Source of the DNA: a candidate division WOR-3 bacterium
GTDB taxonomy: Bacteria > Hydrothermota > Tepidihabitantia > Tepidihabitantales > Tepidihabitantaceae
Direction: 5' to 3'
NCBI GenBank assembly: GCA_965649225.1
Contig: CBFGJX010000002.1
Span: 96,001-160,000, forward strand
Length of the DNA: 64,000 bases
In this document: piece after piece, positions 39,888 through 50,255 of the stretch
Layout: every line of letters starts with the position of its first letter
Position numbering within the stretch: position 1 is the first letter of the stretch
The notes under the pieces: model-generated
The model's database searches: none
What the model was told of the DNA's origin: nothing
Seen by the model: the letters and a program-made list of their open reading frames with translations, nothing else
Translations under genes and position numbers: made by a program

Positions 39888-40142
39888 CTAGTCGGTCTCG
39901 CTGGAAACCGGCCGTTTGAAAAACATCACTGCCCGGGTAATGATACCGGTCTGTTCGCTCCCTGCCGACACCGCCACAAGTTCCCAACCCTCCGCCCCGA
40001 GCGTGTTGACATAGTCCTCTACACCTTCCATAGTGGTTCTGGGCTTTTTCTCGCCGGGGACCTCAACGCCCCAGCGGGCCATCTTCAATATCGGGCTGAT
40101 GTTCAGGTCGATCTGGAGAAAACGGTATTCCCATCGGGTCAC
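39888..40142 (-). CDS. DUF4177-like small protein
   Basis: WEYR...NTLGAEGWELVAV...FFKRP; SD AAGGAG before GTG 40142; promoter TTGACT-16-TACGAT. Confidence 0.85.
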   Translation of the reverse strand: MTRWEYRFLQIDLNISPILKMARWGVEVPGEKKPRTTMEGVEDYVNTLGAEGWELVAVSAGSEQTGIITRAVMFFKRPVSSETD

Positions 40143-40402
40143 AAGAAACTCCTTTTGCTTGCGGTATCGTATCCCAACACCACCAGCAGTCAAGCGGACA
40201 GTCAGCCCGAGCAACAACGGCGTGCCCCGGCCAGAATCAGCGAAAACACAACCCGGCCGGCGACAAGGCTATGGTCAACCGGTAAGCGCAACTCGTCACC
40301 GCTCGCAAGAGACAAGCTGGACACCCTGCCAGTCAAGACGATGGGCCGGTTCGTGCAAAGAACTTGATTGACAAAACGAGTTGAACCGGAGATATTGAGC
40401 CG

Positions 40403-41170
40403 GTGCGCCGCAACATGATACCAGCTGGTGTCGCAAGAAAATACTCAAAGACAATCTCGGCCACCGCTGGCTTTCTGGCCTCGCATGGCTGGGCGGAGGC
40501 CAACGCCGGCAACCTGTCGATCCGGCTGAAACTGCCGAACAAACTGACTGGCCGGCCCCTCCTTCTCCCGCTGTCGGTACCGGAACTGATTGGCTGTTCA
40601 CTGCTGATCAAGTGCGCGGGCGCAAGGATGCGTGACCTCGCCCGCCAACCATCCCGCAATCTCTGCCTGGTATCCATCAAGACTGCGGAGTCAGCCCTTG
40701 TCGTCGGCGGCAGACCATCTTCAGAATTGACCGCGCACCTCGCCGCCCATTCGGTATTGATCCAGCACCGTCCGACCGAACGGGTGTTTCTGCACACCCA
40801 CCCTACTGCAATCATCGCTCTTTCGCTTCGATCCAGCAACCATCAGCTCCCGGCACTGCTCGAACGCATGCACACTGAAGCACCGCTGTTTCTGCCGGAT
40901 AACCTTACTGCCCTGCCGTTCTATCCACCGGGCAGCCTCGCGCTGGGAAAGGCGACAGCCAGCGCACTCGTCCGATTCCGTGCCGTCATCTGGTATGGGC
41001 ACGGCATCGTCGTCTCGGCTACTGACCTCCCTGCTGCAGTTGACATGGTCGAAGTGGCGGAAAAATGTGCTTACATCGCCTTATTGTCAGGAGGAGCCGG
41101 CAACGGCCGGGTCGGTCTTACAGCCAGTCAATGCCGGAAAATCCGCCGCTCGTTGCTCGAGAAGTCCTGA
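40403..41170 (+). CDS. Class II aldolase, rhamnulose-1-phosphate aldolase-like
   Basis: GWAEANAGNLS, PSSEL.AH, HTHPT, PPGS..LG, W.GHG; promoter TTGACA-17-GATATT-6-GTG. Confidence 0.85.
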   Translation: MRRNMIPAGVARKYSKTISATAGFLASHGWAEANAGNLSIRLKLPNKLTGRPLLLPLSVPELIGCSLLIKCAGARMRDLARQPSRNLCLVSIKTAESALVVGGRPSSELTAHLAAHSVLIQHRPTERVFLHTHPTAIIALSLRSSNHQLPALLERMHTEAPLFLPDNLTALPFYPPGSLALGKATASALVRFRAVIWYGHGIVVSATDLPAAVDMVEVAEKCAYIALLSGGAGNGRVGLTASQCRKIRRSLLEKS

Positions 41171-41180
41171 TTACAGTGGC

Positions 41181-41810
41181 ATGAGACCGTCTCACCACCG
41201 TCGTGGACGTTCACTCCAGGGTCACATCGAGCCCGATGGAATCGAGACCTTCTACGAAGTGCGGACCTGCGATTCAAATCTGCCACCCGCTGAATTCGCG
41301 CAACTGCCCCGTCTGGCGGTTCACATCGTCCTCGACAATCTGCGCAGCGCTTTCAATGTCGGCTCAATCTTTCGCCTCGCCGACGCAATCCGCGCCGCTG
41401 AAGTCATCACCTGCGGCTACACTGCTCACCCACCACATCACAAACTGGAACAGACAGCTCTCGGCACCACTGCATCGGTGCCAACCCGGCACTTTGCTGA
41501 TACCCCGATGGCTCTCTGGTCGCTCCGCAACTCCGGTTGTCGAATTGTCGGTGTCGAAACCGTCTACAACTCGCCGCCCTATTATCAACTCGAACTTCGC
41601 TTCCCACTGGCTCTGGTGTTCGGCAACGAAGCGATGGGTATCCAGCAGCCGGCACTCGCTCTTTGCGACTCGGTCATACACCTGCCGGTTCTGGGCTACA
41701 AAAACTCGGTGAACGTGGCAGCCGCGGTCGCAGTCGTGCTCTACGATGTCGCCCGCCGCGCCGACTGGCTAACCACGGCGCCAGCAATCATCCGCCCCGG
41801 TCTCACCTGA
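41181..41810 (+). CDS. SpoU/TrmH-family RNA 2'-O-methyltransferase
   Basis: VLDNLRSAFNVGSIFR, LVFGNEAMG, G.KNSVNVA. Confidence 0.9.
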   Translation: MRPSHHRRGRSLQGHIEPDGIETFYEVRTCDSNLPPAEFAQLPRLAVHIVLDNLRSAFNVGSIFRLADAIRAAEVITCGYTAHPPHHKLEQTALGTTASVPTRHFADTPMALWSLRNSGCRIVGVETVYNSPPYYQLELRFPLALVFGNEAMGIQQPALALCDSVIHLPVLGYKNSVNVAAAVAVVLYDVARRADWLTTAPAIIRPGLT

Positions 41811-44166
41811 TGACGGTAAATGATACTGCACGACTGGACCGGCCGTCGGCCCGGACGATTAAACGATGATGTCCTGGAACAAGTTGCCAGAATATCTGGT
41901 CCTCACCACTGCATTGCGCTATCTCCCTGCCGTCCAGAATCCACGCAACCGCAATGCTGGCCCGCGGCAGCTTCGCCCGCAGGCGAACAGCCTGAGCTGA
42001 CGGGCTCACGTTCGGGTCAATCTTGAAAACGTCGCCATCGTCCGGGAAAACCACTTCCGGCTCTTCCCCTGCCGTACCCCCATCTCCGGCATACGAGGCG
42101 TCCTGCTCGAAATCAGCCCCGGCCGAAACTGTTGTTCCGCCATCCAACCACACTGACAGTTCCGGCGGTGGCACAAAAACAGCCCGCCTGCTGAGCTCAC
42201 CAGCCGGGGTGGTGGCATCAGCCTGCCGGCCGGTACGTCGGTCAACAAGGACAAAACGGTGGACGGAACAGCTGTCGCTCGGTTCGGTGCCCGTTGTGAA
42301 TAGCTCCTCAACCGCTGCCGCACAGGCAGTGCCAGCCAGTTTTCCGCTGTAGGGGCAGACGCGAACCCGGGCAATACCGGCGGGTTCGGCCATCCGCGCC
42401 GGCTCGGTCGCGTGAAGGCTGAGCATTATATCCCGCAGCAGGGGTCCGGCCCCGGTCAGGCCGGAAACGCCCCGCATCGGGTCCCCGTTGAAATTGCCAA
42501 CCCAGACCCCGACAACATAGCTATCAGTGTAACCCACTGCCCAGTTGTCGCGGCAGTCTTTTGAAGTACCTGTTTTCACTGCACAGTCGAATGGCAGCGC
42601 CAGACAGGAAAACTGGCCAAACGCGCCCCGGCGTGCCCCGTCATCGCGGAGAATGTCTGTCACGAGATAGGCCGTCGTCGGAGCAAGGACGCGACGTCGT
42701 GTGCTCACCGCCGAGCCTGCCAGCCAGCGAACCGGTGAATACCAACCCCCATTGGCCAGTACCCGGTAAGCGTTGGTCAGCTCCAGCAAGCAGACCTCAC
42801 CCGTGCCCAGCACCAGACCACGACCGTAGTGCCCGGCCGGACGGTCGAGACTGGCAAATCCAACCGACCGCAGCAGCGCCAACAGCGCCTCGGCGCCAAG
42901 CTCGTCCACCAGGCGCACTGCGGGTATGTTATAGGAACACGCCAGGGCAGTACGGGCAGTCACAAGCCCATGATACTGGCGGTCACAGTTGCGTGGGGAG
43001 TAATCGCCGCCCGGCTCGGCGAAATGGTGCGGAACGTCCAGCAGAACCGTCGCCGGCCCCTTGCCGTGTTCAAACGCCAGCGCATAAGCAAAAGGTTTCA
43101 AGGTCGAACCGGGCTGGCGCCGGGCAAGCGCAGCATTATACTGCCCGCCTTCGGCTGCGAAATAGTCGCGCGACCCCACCATCGCCAGAATGTCGCCGCT
43201 GCGGCGGTCAAGTACCACAACCGCGCCGTTTCCAGCACCTGCCTGTTCCAGTCGTCGCAGCTGCCCATCAAGCAGAGCCTCGCAGGCTGACTGAAGCTTC
43301 CAGTCGAGCGAAGTCTTCAACAACCGAAGCTGGCGGCGTTCGGATTGACCGAGCCGGCTGACGACTGCATCAGTGAAGTGCGGAGCACGAAACCGCCGTC
43401 GCGGTGGCACCAGCGCCAGACTTTCAGCCAAAGCCGCTGTCAGTTGTTCATCGCTGATTACATGCAACTTGTGCAACCGGTTGAGTATCCACCGCTGCCG
43501 CCGCAGTGCCGCCGACCGCTGTCGGAAAGGGTCGTAGCCAGTCGGCGACCGCGGAATCGCCGCCAGCAGACAAGACTGAGCCAGCGACAGTTCACCGGGT
43601 AGCCGGTCAAAATACAACCGCGCCGCAGCACCGACGCCGTAGGCCTGATTGCCAAAACAAACCCGATTGAGATAGGCTTCCAGAATCTCATCTTTGCTCA
43701 AGTGCGCTTCGAGCCGCAGAGCCAGCGCGGCCTCGGCAAGTTTCACCGATAGAGTACGCCGCCGCCCGCGAGCCAGGTTACGGGCCAGTTGCTGGGTAAT
43801 GGTCGAGCCTCCGGCAACAACCCGCCCGCGGCGGAGATTTTCGAACATCGAGCGCACCACAGCCAGCGGGTCAATCCCGAAGTGATAGCGAAAGCGCTGG
43901 TCCTCCGCAGCAACTACCGCCGCGCCCAGCCAGGGTCCGACTGAATCCAACGAAGTCCAGCCGGTGACTCCGCAGTCGGAGCCCGGCACTTCCCGCAAAA
44001 CGATCCCGTTTCGGTCGGTGATGACCAGCGAGGCCAGCCGGTCCCCGCGCAGGAAACTGCGCGGCACCGGCCGCAGCACGAAAGAGAGTACAAGCGCCGG
44101 CCCGGCCAGCAGAACCAGCGCCGCCGCTACTTCACGTCGACCCACTGCTGACTGGTCCGACCCCAC
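41803..44166 (-). CDS. pbpC: Penicillin-binding protein 1C
   Basis: EDQRF..HFGID, GGSTITQQLAR; SxxK (STLK), SYN, KTGTS; C-terminal BiPBP_C-like domain; follows alpha-2-macroglobulin. Confidence 0.95.
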   Translation of the reverse strand: MGSDQSAVGRREVAAALVLLAGPALVLSFVLRPVPRSFLRGDRLASLVITDRNGIVLREVPGSDCGVTGWTSLDSVGPWLGAAVVAAEDQRFRYHFGIDPLAVVRSMFENLRRGRVVAGGSTITQQLARNLARGRRRTLSVKLAEAALALRLEAHLSKDEILEAYLNRVCFGNQAYGVGAAARLYFDRLPGELSLAQSCLLAAIPRSPTGYDPFRQRSAALRRQRWILNRLHKLHVISDEQLTAALAESLALVPPRRRFRAPHFTDAVVSRLGQSERRQLRLLKTSLDWKLQSACEALLDGQLRRLEQAGAGNGAVVVLDRRSGDILAMVGSRDYFAAEGGQYNAALARRQPGSTLKPFAYALAFEHGKGPATVLLDVPHHFAEPGGDYSPRNCDRQYHGLVTARTALACSYNIPAVRLVDELGAEALLALLRSVGFASLDRPAGHYGRGLVLGTGEVCLLELTNAYRVLANGGWYSPVRWLAGSAVSTRRRVLAPTTAYLVTDILRDDGARRGAFGQFSCLALPFDCAVKTGTSKDCRDNWAVGYTDSYVVGVWVGNFNGDPMRGVSGLTGAGPLLRDIMLSLHATEPARMAEPAGIARVRVCPYSGKLAGTACAAAVEELFTTGTEPSDSCSVHRFVLVDRRTGRQADATTPAGELSRRAVFVPPPELSVWLDGGTTVSAGADFEQDASYAGDGGTAGEEPEVVFPDDGDVFKIDPNVSPSAQAVRLRAKLPRASIAVAWILDGREIAQCSGEDQIFWQLVPGHHRLIVRADGRSSRAVSFTVIR

Positions 44167-47100
44167 ACTTCGGGCGTGTACATCTCCTCACACCGTGTCG
44201 CCGGCATCAGGAAGCGACCAGCCGTCTGCGTTCGCACCAGATAGGTCCGTGTGTATGAACCTCGCCTAAGATAGGTGGCAAAGAGCAGGTAGCGGTCTGC
44301 CCGCAGCTGTTCGAGGTCAAAATCGCCCCACCAGCCGCCAGTGTCCTCACGCCGCGCCGCAGCCAGTTTCTCGGCGCTCAGCCGGCTTTCGGTCTCAAAC
44401 GACGTATTGACAATTTCGAATCCGGCCGGCAGCGGGTCGTCCACGACCACAAACAGTCGGTCCTGCCCGGTAGTAATACGCAGAGTGACGGTGTAAAGCT
44501 CGCCCCTTTTGAAACCGGTCATCCTTCCGGTGAACGGCCGAATCGTCTTCTCGACCCCGAAGCCGTTGTCGACTGAGGCCGGGTCGGCGCGACGGCAGTA
44601 GCTCAGTCGGAGTCCGTAGTACAGCCGGCCCGCACCCGTTCTCTCGACGGCCACAGATTGCCGCACGCCGCGTTTGAGCGCGTCAATCGGTACAACCCGG
44701 CGCTGCGTCGCAAGCGTCCGCCCAACAAGCGTCGCCTCGAGAATCGCCCGACCCTCGAGCCGTACGGCCACGCGCAGGTCCGGCCGCACCGACTCGTAAC
44801 GGCGGTAAAACGTTGTCAGCGCATCAAACACTGCGGCATTCTCCTGGGTCGTGCGCCAGCGTGCCGACTTGCGTTCGTTCACCAGCCAGCGAACTACGTT
44901 GTCGGCCAGCTCGTATCGGCCGCGTGCTTCGAGCAGAGCCTGCAGCACCAGCGCAGTTGTACGGACGTTGGAATGGAACAACCAGCCACCCTCGACCGCC
45001 TCCTCGTAGTGCGCGGTCGTCGGTGCGACCTTCACCAGATTGTCCAGCTCACGGGCAATGCTGATCTTGAGCTTCTCATCACCGACCAGGACCGCCGTCT
45101 TCAGCAGCAGTGCCCGGCCATAGACCGACATCTGCTCCCGGCGCTCGAACAGTGCGGTCAGGTCGGAAAGCGGCTTCGCCCCGGTGAGGGCCAGTCCATA
45201 AACGGCCAGTGCCCGCGTGGTCAGCCGCTCGTCGGTCGAATAGGGCCACTGGTCCAAGCCGTCGCGGCCGGCAAGCCAGCCGCCCAGATAGCCGATGGCA
45301 CGCTCCAGCATCCTCCGGTCAACCGCGAACCCGGCCTGCCGGGCCTCGGCCAGCACGGCGACGCAGTAGGCGGTCAGCCACGGCGAAGCCTGTTCTTTGG
45401 GGTCAGCCCAGAACCCGAACCCGCCCGAGTGTTGCTGGTACCGCGGCACCTGTGCCAGCTCGGCATTGACGAAATCACGCAAAGCCTTGCCCCGCAGCTC
45501 GGAAAGAGCAAAGTCGTTGATGACCGCCTCGCCCTTGATGAACGGCAGAATTTTGGACAACCGCTGCTCCAGACAGTCATAGGGATAAGTCCGCAGCCAC
45601 TCCAGCCCACGCTCCAGCCCGGCCAGTCCGGACGACGCCAGCGTCACCTCCAGCCCGCCGACGCCGGTGAGCGCATCGGCCGGCACCTCGACCCAGTGCT
45701 GGGCTCCGGCCGAGTCGGTATTTTCGTAGATGGCGTAGGCCTCGGTCGGAACTGGCGCGCGCACCGGCAATTCAAGCTTGAGCCCGTCGCGTCCAACCCC
45801 GGCCTCGGCGGTGAACTCGAACCCGGCCCGATCCCCGCCCGTGCAGCGGTAGTGGAACAGCACCTCGACCGCGCGATTCGGCGGCACGGCAACCGTCTTG
45901 CGCGCTTCGCCAGTCAGTTCCAGTCCCTTGCCCGCGACTGCACGAACGGTCACGCTCTGCTCCCGTTCGGTGCGGTTGTGCACGATCACGCCGCCGTCGA
46001 ACTCGTCTTCGGGCCGACAGAACCGCGGCAGCGATGGCGATAACAGCAACGGCTGATTTGTGCGGAACTGGGTATCGGCCGACCCGAACCGGTCAACCGT
46101 GCTGGCAACGGCCATCACCTGCCACTGCGTCAGGTTGTCGGGCAGATCAAACTCGACTCGCGCCCGGCCGGTCTCGTCGGTCATCACTGCCGGCAGCCAC
46201 AACGCAGTCTCAAGGAAATTCTGCCGGTAAGCGAACTCGTACCCGTCCCGCTTCGGAGCGCCAGCCGCTTCACCGTCACCGGCCTGCGCTTCGCCCTTCT
46301 CACCATAGTTGCGTTGGCCGATGACGTGCAGGCGCGACTCCGCGGTCGCGACCGACAATGGCCGGCGCGAATAGAACACGCCAAACGGGTCCGGTGTTGC
46401 AAACCCGGTCAGCTTCAGCACCCCGAGGTCCACGACCGCCACGGTCACCTCAGCGCGCCGGCCCTGACCAGCGGCGTCCTTGACCGCAAGCTCAAGCTTC
46501 ACCCGGCTGCCCGGTCGGTACTCGGCCCGGTCTGGTGCAACGCTGATACGCAGCCGTTTCAGGTCAGGCAGGACTGGCAACTCGACATAGCCGACCTTGA
46601 TACCCGGCTTGCCCAGGTCATCGCCCTGCTCCGAGAACTCGTTCCGTGCTGTCCTGCCCTTCACCAGCACCACCGACACGAACACGTTAGGCAGATACTC
46701 AGGTTTGATCGGGACTGCAATCGCTCCCGCCGTACCGTCAAGCCGGGTGATGAAGTGATCGATGACATTCTCGCGCTCGACTGTCACCAGCGCCCGCACG
46801 CCGGCCCACGGCGACTGCACCATTATCCGTGCAGTATCTCCCGGTGAATAAGACTCCCGGTCGCGCCGCAGCTCCGCCATGTCGTCATCACGCTGCATCC
46901 AGGCCGCTTCGCCTGGACCGCTGACCCAGAACTGGGTCTCGGTCCGCGCCGGCCGGCGCTTGCGGTCCTGAGCTTCGAGTCGCAGGACATAGCTGCCAGG
47001 CTTGTCCGGCCGGAATTCAACCCGTACCGGTTCGGCCGCGCTGCGCACCTTGAAGGTCTTGACCTTCACGTCCCGGTAATCATTGACCCAGGACCAGCGC

Positions 47101-49778
47101 CCGCCGGTACCGGCCTTGCGCACCGTTTTCCACTCCCGGCGCAGAACGGTGGCATTGACGACCGTGCCGGCAAGGTATTTGCCTTCGGGGCTTACCACGA
47201 CGACATCAAACTTCATCGTCTCACCGGCCGCAACGAAGCTGTGGGCGGTTTTGACCCCGATATTGGCCTCGCTTGAATGCACCAACCAGGAACCCCGTCC
47301 CGCGCCGGTGCGTTCGTTGGCCGCAATCACCTCGGCCTCCACCGTAGCGAGGAAGGTGCCGACCGGCCGCTCACGCTTCAGCCGCACGCGCACCGGCAGC
47401 CGGCCTTGCGCGTCCAGCTTCCCCGAGCCGGCGCCAACACGTGAGGGGCCATCGAATCGGTCAGGCTCGCCGGCGCCGAAACTGTACTCACCGAACCCGG
47501 ACGGCACGAAAACCACGCGGTTCAGGTCAAGATACCAGCTCACTCTGTCACCGACCATCGGCGCCCCAAAAAGGTATTCTCCCTGAACTGTGGCGGACAG
47601 TTCGTCGCCGAAGTAGTAACGCTCCTTGCCCGACTCCATCTTCACTGCAAACGCCGCCGGCCGGTACGATTCCACGCGGAACGATGCGTAGAAGGTGTGG
47701 TCGGCCAGTTCGTAGCGCACCGAGTAGTAGCCGGTCGGTGCATCCTCGGGCAGCCTGACGCGGAAATCGAAGCTGCCGCTCGCCGACAGCCGCAACGGAG
47801 TAGAAACCAGCTTCTCGTCGCGGGGGTCGTATATGTCGAGTCGGCCTTCACGCTCTACCGGCACCACCCAGTTGCCCAGTTTCTTGTGCCGGACAATGCC
47901 CTTCAGGCGCACCGTATCGCCACCCTTGTACAAGCCCTTGTCCGTAAAGATGAACCCGCGCGGCTCGGCCGGGTCAGGATTCCAGTCATAGGAAATCCCG
48001 AACTCGTACGGCTCGATGCCCGTGCCCCAGTCGGAATGGACGAATGCGGCCGCAGGCTCGTCTCCGGCGAACAGCCACAGTCGCGGATTGTCCCATTCAC
48101 TTCGCCGCAACGCACCAACAACATCCCAGCCCGGCAATGCCACCGTGCCATCATCCCGGGTGCGGCCCGCCCAGACCACACGATTGGCATCGTCGCGCAA
48201 CTGCACCGGCAGGTTTGGCACCGGCGCGGCATCCTCTAGCCGGGTCACCAGTCCGAGTCCGCGCTCGGGCGCAAACTTCGCAGTGATGCCATACGGAGTT
48301 ACCTGCAGCAGGGCGCGGCGAAACCGGCTGCCGCGTTCCGGCTCGGACATCGCGGCCAGCTCGCAGACAACAATGCCCTTGCCCCCGACCAGTCCGCGTC
48401 CCACGTCCAGTGGCAGCACCGCGCGCCGGTTGCGTTCGAGTCTGGGCCGCCACACCCGTTCGGACGAGTAGAACCCGGGCCGCTCAAACGGCTTCGGGCT
48501 GGAATCGCCATCATCGTAGTAGCTGTAATCGTATACTGCGCGCCAGTAGGGCACGACCTCGGCAGGCCTGAGCGCGCGCGTGCGCACCTTCAGGCTGTCG
48601 ATATTGACCATCGTCACCGGGACGTACGGCTTGCCTTCGCTCTCGACGATGCCCGGCCCGGTCGGCATGGTAAAGTACGGCCGGTACGACACGGTACGCA
48701 GTTTCAGCCGCTGGCCCCGGCCCAGCCGGTTGCCGAACTTGTCGGCCAGCCAGCGCGACAACCGCACCTCATACTCGGTTTCCGGCGCAAGCGGCAGCAA
48801 CAACGCCACCTCGGTCGATGCCCAGCTGTAGCCGGCATACTCGGTCGGAATGCTGACCGGCGGCCGGAACTCGATGTTCCGGACAACATTCGCAATCGGC
48901 ACCGGGTTCGAGAACACAAACACGACCGCATCTTCGGGCTGTTGCCGTGCTGCGTCGGCAATCCCCTCAAGCCGCATCCGGTTGAAAGTGCGAAAGACGA
49001 TTGTATCCCCGCTCGCCGTACCCAGGCTACCGACGGCTGCGCGCAGCCCTTCGGCCAGAATGAGCCGGTACTCGGACTCGATCGCCAGCCTGCGGCGCGG
49101 CTCAACCACCAGCACTCGCACCGGCGCTGCATCTCCATACCACCAGTCTTCGGGCTTCTCGCCCTTGTGCAGCGAGCGTACCCGCACAGCTGCATCCAGT
49201 CCGCCCGGTCCGCGCAGTCTGATACTTCGTGCGGCCCGTTTCGGGTCCATCGGCAGATTGAATGCAAGGTAAATCGGCTGGTCCAGCCGGACAAAGTTCG
49301 ACTGCTGGTAAGGCAGTGACCGTTGCAGTTCAGGCCGCTCAGTCTCGAACTCGAAGCGATAATCGGCCTTGAGCATCGCGCCGTCAAGCGCGCGCACCCC
49401 ACGCGGAATGCGGACGCTATAGCGCGTGGCCGGGATGAAACCACTGTCCGGCGCGAACACGACCGTGCGGTCACCCAGCCAACGGCATCGACCGGCGACC
49501 GCCGGCTCCAGCAGCAACGGAAAATCGCAGGAATCGGCCGGCGTGCCCAGCGCAACCATCGGCGCGTCAAACACGACCGTTACCTCGGTTGTGCCCGCTC
49601 CGGCTTCGCCCTGCGGCGTCGCCGCCGCCACCAAAAGTGCCGGCGCCGCCTGAAGCTCCGTCTCGGTGAACTCGGGCATCGCAATCGGCCTGCCCGGCAC
49701 TGCCAACTCGGTTGTCTTTTTAGTGCAGCCGGCACATAACACCAGCCCAGCCAGCAGAACCAGCCTCAGTGACTTCAC
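44127..49778 (-). CDS. Bacterial alpha-2-macroglobulin lipoprotein with Ig-like domains
   Basis: SD GGAGGAG before GTG 49778; lipobox CAGC; FTDKGLYKGGD, LPDNLT.W, thioester YPYDCLEQ, W.TTQENA, DPLPAGFE, EEMY.PE. Confidence 0.95.
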   Translation of the reverse strand: MKSLRLVLLAGLVLCAGCTKKTTELAVPGRPIAMPEFTETELQAAPALLVAAATPQGEAGAGTTEVTVVFDAPMVALGTPADSCDFPLLLEPAVAGRCRWLGDRTVVFAPDSGFIPATRYSVRIPRGVRALDGAMLKADYRFEFETERPELQRSLPYQQSNFVRLDQPIYLAFNLPMDPKRAARSIRLRGPGGLDAAVRVRSLHKGEKPEDWWYGDAAPVRVLVVEPRRRLAIESEYRLILAEGLRAAVGSLGTASGDTIVFRTFNRMRLEGIADAARQQPEDAVVFVFSNPVPIANVVRNIEFRPPVSIPTEYAGYSWASTEVALLLPLAPETEYEVRLSRWLADKFGNRLGRGQRLKLRTVSYRPYFTMPTGPGIVESEGKPYVPVTMVNIDSLKVRTRALRPAEVVPYWRAVYDYSYYDDGDSSPKPFERPGFYSSERVWRPRLERNRRAVLPLDVGRGLVGGKGIVVCELAAMSEPERGSRFRRALLQVTPYGITAKFAPERGLGLVTRLEDAAPVPNLPVQLRDDANRVVWAGRTRDDGTVALPGWDVVGALRRSEWDNPRLWLFAGDEPAAAFVHSDWGTGIEPYEFGISYDWNPDPAEPRGFIFTDKGLYKGGDTVRLKGIVRHKKLGNWVVPVEREGRLDIYDPRDEKLVSTPLRLSASGSFDFRVRLPEDAPTGYYSVRYELADHTFYASFRVESYRPAAFAVKMESGKERYYFGDELSATVQGEYLFGAPMVGDRVSWYLDLNRVVFVPSGFGEYSFGAGEPDRFDGPSRVGAGSGKLDAQGRLPVRVRLKRERPVGTFLATVEAEVIAANERTGAGRGSWLVHSSEANIGVKTAHSFVAAGETMKFDVVVVSPEGKYLAGTVVNATVLRREWKTVRKAGTGGRWSWVNDYRDVKVKTFKVRSAAEPVRVEFRPDKPGSYVLRLEAQDRKRRPARTETQFWVSGPGEAAWMQRDDDMAELRRDRESYSPGDTARIMVQSPWAGVRALVTVERENVIDHFITRLDGTAGAIAVPIKPEYLPNVFVSVVLVKGRTARNEFSEQGDDLGKPGIKVGYVELPVLPDLKRLRISVAPDRAEYRPGSRVKLELAVKDAAGQGRRAEVTVAVVDLGVLKLTGFATPDPFGVFYSRRPLSVATAESRLHVIGQRNYGEKGEAQAGDGEAAGAPKRDGYEFAYRQNFLETALWLPAVMTDETGRARVEFDLPDNLTQWQVMAVASTVDRFGSADTQFRTNQPLLLSPSLPRFCRPEDEFDGGVIVHNRTEREQSVTVRAVAGKGLELTGEARKTVAVPPNRAVEVLFHYRCTGGDRAGFEFTAEAGVGRDGLKLELPVRAPVPTEAYAIYENTDSAGAQHWVEVPADALTGVGGLEVTLASSGLAGLERGLEWLRTYPYDCLEQRLSKILPFIKGEAVINDFALSELRGKALRDFVNAELAQVPRYQQHSGGFGFWADPKEQASPWLTAYCVAVLAEARQAGFAVDRRMLERAIGYLGGWLAGRDGLDQWPYSTDERLTTRALAVYGLALTGAKPLSDLTALFERREQMSVYGRALLLKTAVLVGDEKLKISIARELDNLVKVAPTTAHYEEAVEGGWLFHSNVRTTALVLQALLEARGRYELADNVVRWLVNERKSARWRTTQENAAVFDALTTFYRRYESVRPDLRVAVRLEGRAILEATLVGRTLATQRRVVPIDALKRGVRQSVAVERTGAGRLYYGLRLSYCRRADPASVDNGFGVEKTIRPFTGRMTGFKRGELYTVTLRITTGQDRLFVVVDDPLPAGFEIVNTSFETESRLSAEKLAAARREDTGGWWGDFDLEQLRADRYLLFATYLRRGSYTRTYLVRTQTAGRFLMPATRCEEMYTPEVWGRTSQQWVDVK

Positions 49779-49844
49779 TGCTCCTCCCACTTTCAGCACC
49801 TTGCCCAAACTGCCCTGCCGGTCAAAACTTTCCGACCGATGTCG

Positions 49845-50255
49845 TCAATCCACCGGCCGGTAGCGCGGCATCTGCGACTTCAGGTGTGGCCGCCGATAGC
49901 TTGCGACACCGACGATGAAACCCTGCCAGCGCACCAGCACGAATCCGTCGGTCGCGTCGGCTTCGACATCGCATTCACCGCCGTTGGCCAGCACCCGCGC
50001 CTGTTCCTCGGTCACGTCAATCACGTTGCGCTTCGCCTCACGGCCGAGCACCTGCATTGCCCAGGTCGTCGGCTTGACCGTATGCGGAAACAGCCGGCAC
50101 ATCCTCAAACCCCTCCGCAGCGGCCGCACCGCATCAAATCCCATCGCCTCGGGCGTACCAATGAATATCGTGTCCTGAGCGGCAACCGTGGCCCAACGCT
50201 TCATGAAATCGTCGCCCAGTCCAAACCGTTCGACAACCGCTCTAACCTGCCGCAT
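49845..50255 (-). CDS. PUA/NIP7-like protein (RsmF C-terminal-like domain encoded separately)
   Basis: RRGLR...KPTT.AMQ.LG....NVIDV...GFVLV; overlaps the stop of the methyltransferase gene. Confidence 0.65.
   Translation of the reverse strand: MRQVRAVVERFGLGDDFMKRWATVAAQDTIFIGTPEAMGFDAVRPLRRGLRMCRLFPHTVKPTTWAMQVLGREAKRNVIDVTEEQARVLANGGECDVEADATDGFVLVRWQGFIVGVASYRRPHLKSQMPRYRPVD

Noticed and set aside
44658..46043. Long antisense ORFs (e.g. 44658-46043, 55823-56971, 6420-7403, 57537-58532)
   Set aside because: They are shadows of well-supported genes on the opposite strand in GC-rich DNA and have no recognisable motifs.
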